DNA from: an uncultured Gammaproteobacteria bacterium
GTDB taxonomy: Bacteria; Patescibacteriota; Microgenomatia; PFEM01; JAPLYW01
DNA length: 64,000 nt
Reading direction: 5' to 3'
Assembly (NCBI GenBank): GCA_965230945.1
Contig: OZ246397.1
Location: forward strand, 4,692 to 68,691
Shown here: positions 45,635 to 55,010 of the stretch, in pieces
Layout of the letters: every line of letters starts with the position of its first letter
How positions within the stretch are numbered: position 1 is the first letter of the stretch
Made by a program: the position numbers and the translations under genes
Notes under the pieces: model-generated
Databases searched by the model: none
The model's input: the letters and a program-made list of their open reading frames with translations, nothing else
Told to the model about the DNA's origin: nothing

Positions 45635-45707
45635 TGCCGAGGGGCGGAGTCGAACCGTCATCTCAGCTTTTTCAGAGCCGCGCCGTGACCACCTTGGCTA
45701 CCTCGGC
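45635..45707 (-). tRNA. tRNA-Phe (anticodon GAA)
   Basis: Acceptor GCCGAGG. Anticodon loop CTGAAAA. Confidence 0.8.
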
Positions 45708-45733
45708 AGATTTTTCTTATTCTACCATATCTG

Positions 45734-45807
45734 TGGACGAGAGAGGACTCGAACCTCTGACCTTCTCTGTGTAAGAGAGACGCTCTAACCAGCTGAGCTA
45801 CTCGTCC
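45734..45807 (-). tRNA. tRNA-Val (anticodon TAC)
   Basis: Acceptor GGACGAG. Anticodon loop CTTACAC. Confidence 0.85.
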
Positions 45808-45808
45808 T

Positions 45809-45897
45809 TGGTGCCGGGAACAGGACTCGAACCTGCACACCTATTTAAAGGTACTGCCTCCTCAAGGCAGCCTGTCTACCAATTCCAGCATCCCGGC
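45809..45897 (-). tRNA. tRNA-Leu (anticodon GAG), CCA encoded
   Basis: Long variable arm. Anticodon loop TTGAGGA. 3' ACCA present. Confidence 0.85.
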
Positions 45898-45908
45898 AGG
45901 TTTTAATG

Positions 45909-45992
45909 TGCCCTGAGAGAGAGTCGAACTCTCACGTCCTTAAGGACACTAGCTTCTGAAGCTAGCCTGTCTACCAATTCCAGCATCAGGGC
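45909..45992 (-). tRNA. tRNA-Leu (anticodon CAG)
   Basis: Long variable arm. Anticodon loop TTCAGAA. Confidence 0.85.
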
Positions 45993-46041
45993 TAAATTGC
46001 TAGGAAACTGATTAAATTATAACAAAAAATCAGCTTCATTG

Positions 46042-47397
46042 CTAATCTTTAGAGATGGTGTAAACGGTGGGATGGAAGAGAAAAACAGCCGGTGTTTCCT
46101 CAACAATTGATTTTTGGAAATCAAGATAAATTTCTTTTCTCTTGCTTTTATCTAAAGTTTTCCTGCCGTCTTCTAAGAGCTTGTCAATTTTAGGGCTTTT
46201 ATACCTACTAATATTGCTGCTTTGGGTTGAATGCCAGAAAAGATACTGATCAGGATCAGAAGGAATTTCTTGGGTGGCTAAAAGAGCTTGAAACTCCTCA
46301 TTGGGATTGTTAATGACTCTAATTTTGGTTTTAATACCTAGATCTTCCCAGTCCTTTTTAATCTGTTCTGCTATCGGAAGTAGAGAAGATAAAGTAGCCA
46401 GTTCAATTTCAGTGAAAGTAGTTTTTTCTTCCTCCTCTGCTTCTTCATTATTGCCATTACCATTTTCTAAAAGTTTTTTAGCTTTTTGCAAGTCAAAATT
46501 GTAGGGTTTGAGTTTATTATTGTAAGCCCAAGAAGAAAGGCTAATAGGGCTTAGCGCTCTTTCTTCCCAATCTTTCTTAATAGCATAGGCTAAGGCCTGG
46601 CGGGTTGATTTATTTCCTAAATGGGGATCGTTGGTGTTAAAAAAGATAGCCACAAAGCGATTGTATTTGACTTCTGGCGTGATTTTAATCCGCTCCCAAT
46701 TATTTAAATCCCCTAATCTTACGATTTCTCTTAAGCTAGAAACTTCCCCTAGTTTAAAACCAGTTCGAGCAGCTTTTTCGGTAGGATAAAACTTAAAAAT
46801 TAATTGAGGCTTGTTTTTACCTTTAACAGGCGTTAAGACAAGTCTTTCAATAATTTCCCCATTTTTTTTAATCTTTCTAGCTTCATAATCACCTGTTCCT
46901 AAGAGGCCTTTTCTAAAAATAGGCCTGCTCATGACCGTAAGAAAGGGAGAAAAAGGTTCTTTAAGTAAAAATTTTATTTTTTTATCATCAATAATGGTTT
47001 TAGTAACGTCGCTGAATTTTAGGTTAATATCAGCGGTGACTAATGGTTCTTTATCTTGCCAAAAAAGGTTATCTTTAAGAGTGAAAATGTATTCTCTCCC
47101 CTCTTTTTCAATCTCCCAAGAAGTAGCCAGATTAGGTTCTATAGAACCGTCATCAGATGTCTTGGTTAAGCCATCACTTATTAAGCATTGAATTTCTAAT
47201 GGTAGTTCTTTAATTGTGTATCTGCCGACAAGACCAATTTTTTCAATCTTTTGGTTGGAAGAATCGGAGATCTTGTAGATAAAAAAGAAACAGATAATAC
47301 CAAGTAAAAAACCAAGAATGAAAATTTTCTTCCTTTTTCGCCAAAAAGCACGTCCTAAATTACGATAAAATCTAACTTTTCTAAAAATTCTTCTCAT
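46042..47397 (-). CDS. membrane-anchored ABC-type solute-binding protein, family 5 (peptide/nickel type), orphan
   Basis: N-terminal TM anchor, then SBP_bac_5-like fold. 451 aa, shorter than typical OppA. No permease or ATPase genes adjacent. Confidence 0.55.
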   Translation of the reverse strand: MRRIFRKVRFYRNLGRAFWRKRKKIFILGFLLGIICFFFIYKISDSSNQKIEKIGLVGRYTIKELPLEIQCLISDGLTKTSDDGSIEPNLATSWEIEKEGREYIFTLKDNLFWQDKEPLVTADINLKFSDVTKTIIDDKKIKFLLKEPFSPFLTVMSRPIFRKGLLGTGDYEARKIKKNGEIIERLVLTPVKGKNKPQLIFKFYPTEKAARTGFKLGEVSSLREIVRLGDLNNWERIKITPEVKYNRFVAIFFNTNDPHLGNKSTRQALAYAIKKDWEERALSPISLSSWAYNNKLKPYNFDLQKAKKLLENGNGNNEEAEEEEKTTFTEIELATLSSLLPIAEQIKKDWEDLGIKTKIRVINNPNEEFQALLATQEIPSDPDQYLFWHSTQSSNISRYKSPKIDKLLEDGRKTLDKSKRKEIYLDFQKSIVEETPAVFLFHPTVYTISKD

Positions 47398-47401
47398 TGT
47401 T

Positions 47402-47620
47402 CTAGTTCAATAGGAGGTTAACCATTGAAGTAAGAAGAAAAAGTATCACCAAAACAATAGTAATGTTGAAAAGAAGTTTTTCGGTTCCCCTTCTGGTATT
47501 AAAGGTTTCACTGCTTCCTCCCCAGGCGGCCCCCAAACCAGTGCCTTTTGATTGAGCTAAAATAGAAACAATCAAAAGGACGGAGATAAAAATTTGAACA
47601 AAGATAATTAAGGTTTTCAT
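47402..47620 (-). CDS. secG: preprotein translocase subunit SecG
   Basis: 72 aa, two TM helices around a Gly-rich loop (GTGLGAAWGGSSE), typical of SecG. Confidence 0.7.
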   Translation of the reverse strand: MKTLIIFVQIFISVLLIVSILAQSKGTGLGAAWGGSSETFNTRRGTEKLLFNITIVLVILFLLTSMVNLLLN

Positions 47621-47642
47621 TTCTCTAATTATAACACAGTCC

Positions 47643-48056
47643 TTATTTTTTAATTAACCAGAGAGTGAGGGTGGTAACGATACTGATGACCAAAGAAGCT
47701 AAAACAAAAGCCCAAAAGGTAGCCATATAAAAAGAAGGCATGATAAAGCCCTTATAGCTAAAGCCTTCAAAAAGAAAACCAGCAATCTTAAATTGAGGGA
47801 CAATAATGGTTGCCAACCAAAGAGTGATAACGTTTATCAACCAGCGAAAAGTACCCAAAGTAAGGAGGTTAATAGGCAGAAACAGAACTTTAATTAGGGG
47901 TTTAATTAAGGTTCCCAATAAGGCTAAAACTAAAGCTGCTAAGGCAAGGGTTTGCCAGCCACCAGTAAAACTAACTCCTGTAAATAGAAAAGCTACCAAC
48001 CATAAAGCAAAAAGATTAATTAAAAAGAAACGGAGATACTTTTTAATAAATGACAT
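47643..48056 (-). CDS. YvlD/phage-holin-4-like family membrane protein
   Basis: 137 aa, 4 TM helices, YvlD-like pattern. Confidence 0.5.
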   Translation of the reverse strand: MSFIKKYLRFFLINLFALWLVAFLFTGVSFTGGWQTLALAALVLALLGTLIKPLIKVLFLPINLLTLGTFRWLINVITLWLATIIVPQFKIAGFLFEGFSYKGFIMPSFYMATFWAFVLASLVISIVTTLTLWLIKK

Positions 48057-48088
48057 CTCTTATTTTTAACACAAACTTTAAATCTCTG

Positions 48089-49903
48089 TCAAAATTTCTT
48101 TTTTAAAAGGATAAATAAGGTAGCTAGAGTAAGTGCTCCTCCCAACGAGGGGATGATAATTTGCCAAATAAAAGATCCTATTTCTATTTCCTTCTCAAAA
48201 TCCTGATCATTAACAGAAATTTTAATTAAACCGTCTCCCTTGGCGAAGGCATTTTCAGGGGTGATGATAAGAGAAATTTCCCTATAAGAAAAAGGCGGTA
48301 AGACAGGTATTTCTTGTTGATGGGGTGATGATAGAACTACTCCTTGGGCATTAATTTTAACCTTCAGGTTATAGAAAGCAGTTTGACCTTCGTTTTTAAT
48401 AATAAGCTTGCCTTTTTTAGTTTCCTTCCAAAAAATTTGGGCAGGTAGGCTAAAATCAACCTGTAACTTAGGAGGTTTTTCTGGCTCGTATTCACCAAAG
48501 GCTACTTGAACGGTTTTTTCCATAGAATCTGGTGATTTATAAGAACCGGCAGGATACGGTTCTTCACTATTTTGGCCATGGATAGCAAAAACAAAGTGAT
48601 TTAAGTCGCTTTTATAGAAATAATCAATACCTTCTGTAGTTTTTTCCCAAGTAGGGTCAATTGGTACCCATAATTGTTTTTTTTCATCATAGTATTCCGG
48701 CCAGGAATGTAAGACATCGGTAACTAAGTTCAAAGGACGGAGTCTTATATCATCGGTATAAGCAAAGCCGTTAATTTCTCTGGCCGGAATGCCTGAAGCT
48801 CGGGCAAGGGTAATAAATAAATCAGTAAATTCCATACAGATAGCCTGACTGGGGTTTTCTAGAGCCTTGACTGCTCCTAATCTCTCAACTCCCTCAGCAA
48901 CCCGATCAAAATTATATTCTAAAGTGTTAATAACGAAATTATAAATAACTTTAGGTGTTTTTAAATTCTTAGATAATTTGATAATTTGCGGATGATTAAC
49001 CTCCCAATATAATGATGCGGAAAGGTTGTCATCCAAAATTTCTTTATTTGGCTGGGGAAAATCTTTTTGGGGTTGGGCTAAAATTTTAACTCTACCACTG
49101 GCGATAACTTTTAACTGCTGGCGAGGCTTTAATTTATATTTAGCTAGCCAGTTACCATCTTGATCAACCCTGATATTTAAAGGTCTTGGATCAAGATTTT
49201 TAAAAGAAAGTTGTTGAAAGGCAGTGTCAGGAGGTAAGGCGATTTCTGTTTCAGCCATACTATAGTGAGAGTTATCTAGGTAATAAAACAAAGTAAAATT
49301 AAAGATTTGAAAGGGGCCGAAAGTAGCGTTTATACCAGATTCAAAAAGCCTGTTTTGGGTAAAACGATAGGTTTTAAAGCTCTCCGATTCAATAACTTCA
49401 ATGGGTTCAGGTCTTATAAAGGCCGGATTACCAAAGCTTTGGGGAACATTTAAAGAGAGAGAATAGCTGTCAATTTCACTTAAATTAGAAATACGAGGAA
49501 TGTTAATTTCCCAAATTTCTCCTTTTCTTAGAGCGGCATTAAGATTTTCATAGGTAAGATTAAAGGTTAAGGTTTTATCAACACCAACAACTTGTTGGTT
49601 AAATTTAATGATAATAGTTGTTGACTTAGAATCCTTATTAATTTCCATCTGACAGTCTCCATCACTATCAGTTGCCTTAATGTTTTGTATTTGAGTTGAA
49701 GGTAGGGTTAAAGAGTATTGCGTGGCGTAAACCCGAGAAAGTTTATTGGTTAAAGAAATCTGATGATTGACACTAACAATACCGCTTTTATTTACTTGAT
49801 AGCGGATGTTGTACTCAGTTTTAAATTCTTCGGAGGCAAAGAGAGGTTCAGTAAAGAGAAAGAAAAGAAAGATAAAGCTTAGGGCAAGAAAAATACGCTT
49901 CAT
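48089..49903 (-). CDS. transglutaminase-like cysteine protease superfamily protein, secreted with C-terminal TM anchor
   Basis: Signal peptide. Cys-His-Asp core (AICMEFTDLF ... VLHSWPEYYD). C-terminal helix GGALTLATLFILL. Confidence 0.6.
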   Translation of the reverse strand: MKRIFLALSFIFLFFLFTEPLFASEEFKTEYNIRYQVNKSGIVSVNHQISLTNKLSRVYATQYSLTLPSTQIQNIKATDSDGDCQMEINKDSKSTTIIIKFNQQVVGVDKTLTFNLTYENLNAALRKGEIWEINIPRISNLSEIDSYSLSLNVPQSFGNPAFIRPEPIEVIESESFKTYRFTQNRLFESGINATFGPFQIFNFTLFYYLDNSHYSMAETEIALPPDTAFQQLSFKNLDPRPLNIRVDQDGNWLAKYKLKPRQQLKVIASGRVKILAQPQKDFPQPNKEILDDNLSASLYWEVNHPQIIKLSKNLKTPKVIYNFVINTLEYNFDRVAEGVERLGAVKALENPSQAICMEFTDLFITLARASGIPAREINGFAYTDDIRLRPLNLVTDVLHSWPEYYDEKKQLWVPIDPTWEKTTEGIDYFYKSDLNHFVFAIHGQNSEEPYPAGSYKSPDSMEKTVQVAFGEYEPEKPPKLQVDFSLPAQIFWKETKKGKLIIKNEGQTAFYNLKVKINAQGVVLSSPHQQEIPVLPPFSYREISLIITPENAFAKGDGLIKISVNDQDFEKEIEIGSFIWQIIIPSLGGALTLATLFILLKKKF

Positions 49904-49931
49904 ATCTTAATTCTAATTGAAATTTTAACCC

Positions 49932-49961
49932 TTGACAAGGATTTAAAGTTTCGGGTAATAT
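49932..49961 (+). promoter_or_regulatory. sigma70-like promoter TTGACA-N17/18-TAATAT upstream of lexA
   Basis: Read directly. ATG at 49971. Confidence 0.5.
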
Positions 49962-49970
49962 TAGGTAAAT

Positions 49971-50594
49971 ATGCCAGTTACTCTTTATAAACGCCAAAAA
50001 CAAATCCTTGATTTCATTAAACAATACATTCAAAAGAATGGATTAGCTCCAACTTTAACAGAGATTGCCAATGCTTTAGGTGTTTCTTCCCTAGCTACCG
50101 TTCATGAACATCTTAAAGCTATGGAGAAAAAAGGTGTCATTAAACGTTTTGATGGTTCTGTACGTGGGATTGAGATTATTGACAATCAGTCCGTTAATCA
50201 GATTAATGGTGTCCAGTTGCCTATCTTAGGCTTTATTGCTGCTGGAGCTCCTATTGAACCCTATACAGATCCTAATGCTGCTATTGCCGTTGCTCCAGGG
50301 ATGTTGACTGGGAAAAAAAGAGCTTATGTTTTGCAGGTCAAAGGTAGTTCCATGATTGATGAAGGCATTTTGGATGGTGATTATGTAATTATAGAGCAAA
50401 AAGAAGTAGCTAATAATGGCGATATTGTCGTGGCGATCTTAGAAAATGGTTTTGCTACCTTAAAACGTTTTTTTAAAGAAGCTACCAGGATTAGACTAGA
50501 GCCGGCTAATAGCAAAATGGCGCCTATCTTCGCTAAGAATGTCAAAATACAGGGAAAGGTCGTCGGACTGTTAAGAAAATTTAAATCCTCATAA
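49971..50594 (+). CDS. lexA: LexA repressor (wHTH + S24 peptidase)
   Basis: N-terminal wHTH. Cleavage-site AAG-like (IAAGAPIEP). Ser in VKGSSMID and Lys dyad. Confidence 0.85.
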   Translation: MPVTLYKRQKQILDFIKQYIQKNGLAPTLTEIANALGVSSLATVHEHLKAMEKKGVIKRFDGSVRGIEIIDNQSVNQINGVQLPILGFIAAGAPIEPYTDPNAAIAVAPGMLTGKKRAYVLQVKGSSMIDEGILDGDYVIIEQKEVANNGDIVVAILENGFATLKRFFKEATRIRLEPANSKMAPIFAKNVKIQGKVVGLLRKFKSS

Positions 50595-50739
50595 AAATTG
50601 ATAATCTGCCGTAAAAAAATAAAAAGGCGACCTGTTTGACAAACCGATTCTGATTGTATTAAGCATACAATACAAGATTTTTTATTATCTGTTAGCTAAT
50701 TCGTTGAAAGTTTAACAAATTATTTGTCAAACTTTGTCA

Positions 50740-51963
50740 TTAAAGAACAAAGTTGGCAATAATAGCTGAGATCATTATTAAGATTGCCAGCCATCCCAAA
50801 ACATTAAGCCCCCAAGTATTAATATATTTCCCCATTATTCTTTTGCTGCTAGCGATAATCATTATTAATATTAATAGTATAGGTGTAAGAAAGCCATTAA
50901 AGATTTGAGAGTATAAAAGGACTTTAATAGGATTTAATCCTAAAAGAGAGATAGCTAAGGCGATAAAGAAAGTAGCTGATAGGACTGTGTAGAAACCTCT
51001 GGCTGCGTGGATATTTTTTGAAAGCCCTTCCTTCCAGTTAAAAATCTCTGCAACAGCATAGGCCGTAGAAGAAGCTAACACTGGTAAAGCTAAAAGACCA
51101 GCTCCAATAATTCCTATGGCGAAAAGACCAAAGGCATAATTTCCTAAAAAAGGTTTTAAAGCTAAGGCAGCTTCTGTAGCACTAGTAATTTCAATTTTAT
51201 TAATAAATAAAACAGAAGCAGTACAGATAATAATAAAGTAAGCAACAAGACTGGAAAGGATTAAACCAGGAGCATTTTCCCTAACTTCATTCTTAGCGTC
51301 TTTAACAGAAGGTTTGTCTTCTACTTCTTCCGCTGTCTGCCAGAAGAACAGATAGGGAGAAAGGGTTGCCCCTAAAAGACCTACAGCGATCAACCAATAG
51401 TAAGAATTAAAAGAAATCTTTGGCCAAAAAGTGTTTAGGAATATTTCTGACCAGTTAGGTTTCACAGCAAAAGCAGAAAAGATATAGGAAACAAAAACCA
51501 AAGAAAGAATAATTAAGAATTTAGAAATGAAATTATAGCTTTTAAAGATGACAATATACCAGATAAAAAAACTTATTAACGGTAGCACAAGAAAAACTTC
51601 CAGTTTAGGAAAAAGTACCTTAAAAGCCATACCGATAGCAGAAAGATTAGCTCCCATGGTGGCTAAGTTAGCTAAAACAAGAAGAAAGATGGCTAAAAAA
51701 GCAACTTTAGTGCCAAATCTTTCTTTAATAACGGCAGTTAAGCCTTTCTTTTTAATATCACCGATTCTTGCACAAATAGACTGGACGACAATTAAAAAGA
51801 TTGTTGAAATAGGAACTAAAAAAAGCTGACCAAAACCAGTTGTTGCCCCAACAATACTATAAGTAGTAATACCAGCAGGATCGTTACCTGAAGCACCGGT
51901 AATAATACCGTGGTAAATTTTACCAAACTTAGTTTTTTTAAGATTATTATTTTTAGAAAACAC
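50740..51963 (-). CDS. Nramp-family divalent metal transporter (MntH-like)
   Basis: TM1 motif ASGNDPAG resembles the Nramp DPGN metal-binding motif. About 11 TM. Confidence 0.6.
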   Translation of the reverse strand: MFSKNNNLKKTKFGKIYHGIITGASGNDPAGITTYSIVGATTGFGQLFLVPISTIFLIVVQSICARIGDIKKKGLTAVIKERFGTKVAFLAIFLLVLANLATMGANLSAIGMAFKVLFPKLEVFLVLPLISFFIWYIVIFKSYNFISKFLIILSLVFVSYIFSAFAVKPNWSEIFLNTFWPKISFNSYYWLIAVGLLGATLSPYLFFWQTAEEVEDKPSVKDAKNEVRENAPGLILSSLVAYFIIICTASVLFINKIEITSATEAALALKPFLGNYAFGLFAIGIIGAGLLALPVLASSTAYAVAEIFNWKEGLSKNIHAARGFYTVLSATFFIALAISLLGLNPIKVLLYSQIFNGFLTPILLILIMIIASSKRIMGKYINTWGLNVLGWLAILIMISAIIANFVL

Positions 51964-51972
51964 GGACAGCTC

Positions 51973-52221
51973 TTAGGGTTTTTGTTTTTCTACTTTTAAA
52001 GCACAATCTGGACAAATAGATTCACAGATTCCACAAATATTACATTTTTTGAGATCTATTTCAACAGTTGGCGCGTTATAAACTCCAACCTCTTTTTTAG
52101 AAAAAGAAATTGCTTTTTGAGGACATTTCTCGATACAAAGACCGCAGCCTTTACAAAGACCTTTAAAAACATTTATCTTCTTTTGGCTATCTTTTTGTTC
52201 TTTAGGATTAAAGTTTTTCAT
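51973..52221 (-). CDS. 4Fe-4S ferredoxin subunit (delta) of 2-oxoacid:ferredoxin oxidoreductase
   Basis: Two CxxCxxCxxxCP motifs. 82 aa. Confidence 0.8.
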   Translation of the reverse strand: MKNFNPKEQKDSQKKINVFKGLCKGCGLCIEKCPQKAISFSKKEVGVYNAPTVEIDLKKCNICGICESICPDCALKVEKQKP

Positions 52222-52718
52222 AATTCTTTGTTTAAAGCTTTAAGATCCATTTCTTTTACCTTAGGATCTTTATCAAAGTATTTTTTAAATCTTTCTTCCA
52301 TGGTTTTTACTAAACTCTCTTTTGAAACTGCTTTACTAAGATTATTAACTTTACCTAAAACTAAAATATTCCAAGCTTTTACTGGGATGCCATCTTTTTT
52401 AACAGTAATACCTTTATCTACTTTTTGTGTGACAGCGGGTCCTAGAACTATTTGGGTATCTTTATCAATGTAACGTTTGACACGATTAATAGAACGGTCA
52501 GAAAAGATGGCTAAAATATTAGCTTTTTCAAATTTAGGATAGGTAGCACTTTTCCCATCAATAACAACAAAAGCTAATGAAACTCCCCCACGCTGCTCTA
52601 CTCCAAAATTAGGAATATATAAAGATTTTTTACCTTCTAGAAAAGCTGCCTTGGCTAATATTTCGGCAACTACTTGCACTCCTTGACCACCTTCGCCGGC
52701 AAAAAGTATCTTAGTCAT
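52218..52718 (-). CDS. 2-oxoacid:ferredoxin oxidoreductase gamma subunit
   Basis: AGEGGQG motif typical of POR gamma. Confidence 0.8.
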   Translation of the reverse strand: MTKILFAGEGGQGVQVVAEILAKAAFLEGKKSLYIPNFGVEQRGGVSLAFVVIDGKSATYPKFEKANILAIFSDRSINRVKRYIDKDTQIVLGPAVTQKVDKGITVKKDGIPVKAWNILVLGKVNNLSKAVSKESLVKTMEERFKKYFDKDPKVKEMDLKALNKEL

Positions 52719-53431
52719 TTAATTTCTCCTAAAGTAAATATTTTTTCTAGCTCATCAACTCTTTTAAGTGTTTCTTGAGCGTTGGTTTCCCAATTAGTTG
52801 GACAAGCAGAAATAGCTTCCACTAAAGAAAAGTTTCCTTTTATTTGTGTTTCAATTGCTTTTTTAAGATATTGTTTTAAAACTAATGGCTTAAAAGCAGA
52901 ACCTCTAGCCAGGTAAGCTCCTTTACTAGCTATTTTACTTAGCATTTCTGGCCCTTTAAGGGTGGTAAATTCACTTTTACCTGTCGGTGTCGTTGTCGTT
53001 ATCTCATTATCGGTAGTAGTTGGAGCTAATTGTCCTCCCGTCATAGCATATAAAGTATTATTAACCACAATAGTTGTAATAGGATCGTTTCTTAAACAAC
53101 TTGTAACTGTATGTTGTAAGCCAATTGCATAGGCACCACCATCACCGACATAGGCAATAACGATTTTACCTTTGGCAACTGTTTTGAAGCCAACTGCAGT
53201 CGGAACTGTTCGACCATGATGAGTTTGCGTCGTAGGGATATCAAAAAAATCCCAAGCTAATAAAGAGCAGCCTATATCAACCATAAAAACAGTTTTTTTG
53301 GCAATGCCCATTTCATCAATAACCTGCCCTAAGGTTTTCAGAACTAAAGGATGACCACAGCCAGGACAAAATTTATGAGGTTTTGATGATTTTTTAAAAC
53401 ATTCTGGAAAACGTGGTTGATTATTGTTCAT
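52715..53431 (-). CDS. 2-oxoacid:ferredoxin oxidoreductase beta subunit (TPP-binding)
   Basis: CPGCGH motif and GDGG TPP-binding motif. Confidence 0.8.
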   Translation of the reverse strand: MNNNQPRFPECFKKSSKPHKFCPGCGHPLVLKTLGQVIDEMGIAKKTVFMVDIGCSLLAWDFFDIPTTQTHHGRTVPTAVGFKTVAKGKIVIAYVGDGGAYAIGLQHTVTSCLRNDPITTIVVNNTLYAMTGGQLAPTTTDNEITTTTPTGKSEFTTLKGPEMLSKIASKGAYLARGSAFKPLVLKQYLKKAIETQIKGNFSLVEAISACPTNWETNAQETLKRVDELEKIFTLGEIK

Positions 53432-54443
53432 TTATAATATCTGTAATTTCTTTAGGTGTAAAACCAACACCTGGTTTATTAATTTCCACTAAGGGAATAC
53501 TTAAATCATAAAGCTCTTCTTTAAACAAACTGCTTAACTGTCCTAAAGCCGATTCTAAGACAAATATCTTTTCTACTTTATCTAAAGTTTTGGCAGCTTT
53601 ACTTACCGGAAATGGACGTAAAGTGATAGGTCTAAAAAGCCCTATTTTAAGGCCTTTTTCTCTTAACTTATCGACAGCTACCTTGGCAGCTGCACCGACA
53701 ATACCATGAGCTAATAAAGCTATCTTGGCATCTTCAAGTTTATATGTTTCGGCCTCTTCTATATTAAAACGATCTTTTTGATAATCATTTTCATAATTAA
53801 TGATAACTTCGCCTATCTCTTCTTCTAAGTTATAACAATTTCTTAAATTGACTCTTTCTTTTAAAATTGGTGAAAGATTTTCTAAAGAACCGTTTTTTTC
53901 ACCAATTTCTATCTCCCCTTTCATTTTAGCCTGATAGCCGTCAGCTAATATAAAACTTGGCCAACGATATTTCCAAGCAACTTTAAAGGCTTTAAGAGTA
54001 TAATCATAAAGTTCTTGTAAATTAGAAGTGGAATAGACAATTCTAAAACCTTCCCCATTTCCACCAAAACAGGTTAACCTAACTTCTTCTTGAGAATAGA
54101 TAACTGTAGAGGTAGACAATCCCCCTCTTTGCATAATTAAAGCCACTGTTGGGATACGTAAAGCTTCGGCCATCGAAAAAGCATCTTGCATCAAAACATT
54201 ACCAGGACCTGCAGTAGCTGTAAAAGCAGGCACACCGGCTAAACAAGAGCCAATAACACCAAAACCAGCGGCCATCTCATCTTCAGTCTGTAATAAAGAA
54301 AGATTTTTATCTTTTATACATAAAGAAGCCCACGTTTCTAAAACTTCAGAAGAAGGAGTAATTGGATAACCAAACATTGCTTTTGCTCCAGCATTTAAAG
54401 CTGCATAAGCTAGTATTTGATTACCCATCAGAAAATGTTTCAT
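53421..54443 (-). CDS. 2-oxoacid:ferredoxin oxidoreductase alpha subunit
   Basis: Domain I/II pattern of POR/KOR/VOR alpha. Substrate (pyruvate vs other oxoacid) not assignable. Confidence 0.75.
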   Translation of the reverse strand: MKHFLMGNQILAYAALNAGAKAMFGYPITPSSEVLETWASLCIKDKNLSLLQTEDEMAAGFGVIGSCLAGVPAFTATAGPGNVLMQDAFSMAEALRIPTVALIMQRGGLSTSTVIYSQEEVRLTCFGGNGEGFRIVYSTSNLQELYDYTLKAFKVAWKYRWPSFILADGYQAKMKGEIEIGEKNGSLENLSPILKERVNLRNCYNLEEEIGEVIINYENDYQKDRFNIEEAETYKLEDAKIALLAHGIVGAAAKVAVDKLREKGLKIGLFRPITLRPFPVSKAAKTLDKVEKIFVLESALGQLSSLFKEELYDLSIPLVEINKPGVGFTPKEITDIINEQ

Positions 54444-54542
54444 TTATTGTATTGTAGGGGGAAACTCTTAGTTATGTCAATTAAAAAAAGAAAAGGACCA
54501 AAAGGTAAAAAACTATAATGATTAAAACCAGTGCCTTTTTGC

Positions 54543-54571
54543 TTGACAATTAGTTTTTTCTATCCTATAAT
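54543..54571 (+). promoter_or_regulatory. consensus sigma70 promoter TTGACA-N17-TATAAT
   Basis: Perfect hexamers with 17-bp spacer. About 85 nt upstream of the ATG at 54656 with SD GGGAGG. Confidence 0.65.
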
Positions 54572-54655
54572 TCTGCTTATCTTTTAAACTTAGGCGTTTA
54601 AAGAAGATGGCACATTACTAACACAGGAATTAATATTTTTACAGGGAGGTTGAGA

Positions 54656-54931
54656 ATGAAAAAATATGCTTTAGCTTTGGATTCCGGAAGTTTATTCTTA
54701 AAAGCAACGGTTCTATTAAAACCAAACACGGAGATAGTATTAAAAAGAGAAGATGTTTTAAATCAAAAAAGCCAGGTTTTTAAGAAAGTATTTGGGAAAA
54801 AAGGGATGTTTGGAAAACCAAAGGAAGAGGTAGAGATTTCTATTAGGGAATCAACAAGTGGTAGATCTTTTGGAGAGGAAACTTTTGAAGCTTATACTGC
54901 TTTTGTAAAACCATTAAAAAAACTTCCCTAA
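54656..54931 (+). CDS. small hypothetical protein (91 aa)
   Basis: ORF with strong SD GGGAGGTTGAGAATG. No family recognised. Confidence 0.5.
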   Translation: MKKYALALDSGSLFLKATVLLKPNTEIVLKREDVLNQKSQVFKKVFGKKGMFGKPKEEVEISIRESTSGRSFGEETFEAYTAFVKPLKKLP

Positions 54932-54939
54932 AAAAACAA

Positions 54940-55010
54940 AGCGCTGGTAGTAGTTTAAAAACTACTTTGATTTTATAAAAATCACCAGCGCTAATTTTCG
55001 GTTCTTATTT
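54940..55010 (+). terminator. intrinsic terminator: nested hairpins (AGCGCTGGT...ACCAGCGCT enclosing AGTAGTTT-AA-AAACTACT) followed by a T-rich tract
   Basis: 9-bp outer and 8-bp inner perfect stems read directly. Confidence 0.5.

Noticed and set aside
45318-45840. Three short ORF-track entries (45318..45503 +, 45592..45774 +, 45658..45840 -)
   Set aside because: All sit across the second tRNA sub-array (Gln, Gly, Phe, Val, Leu).
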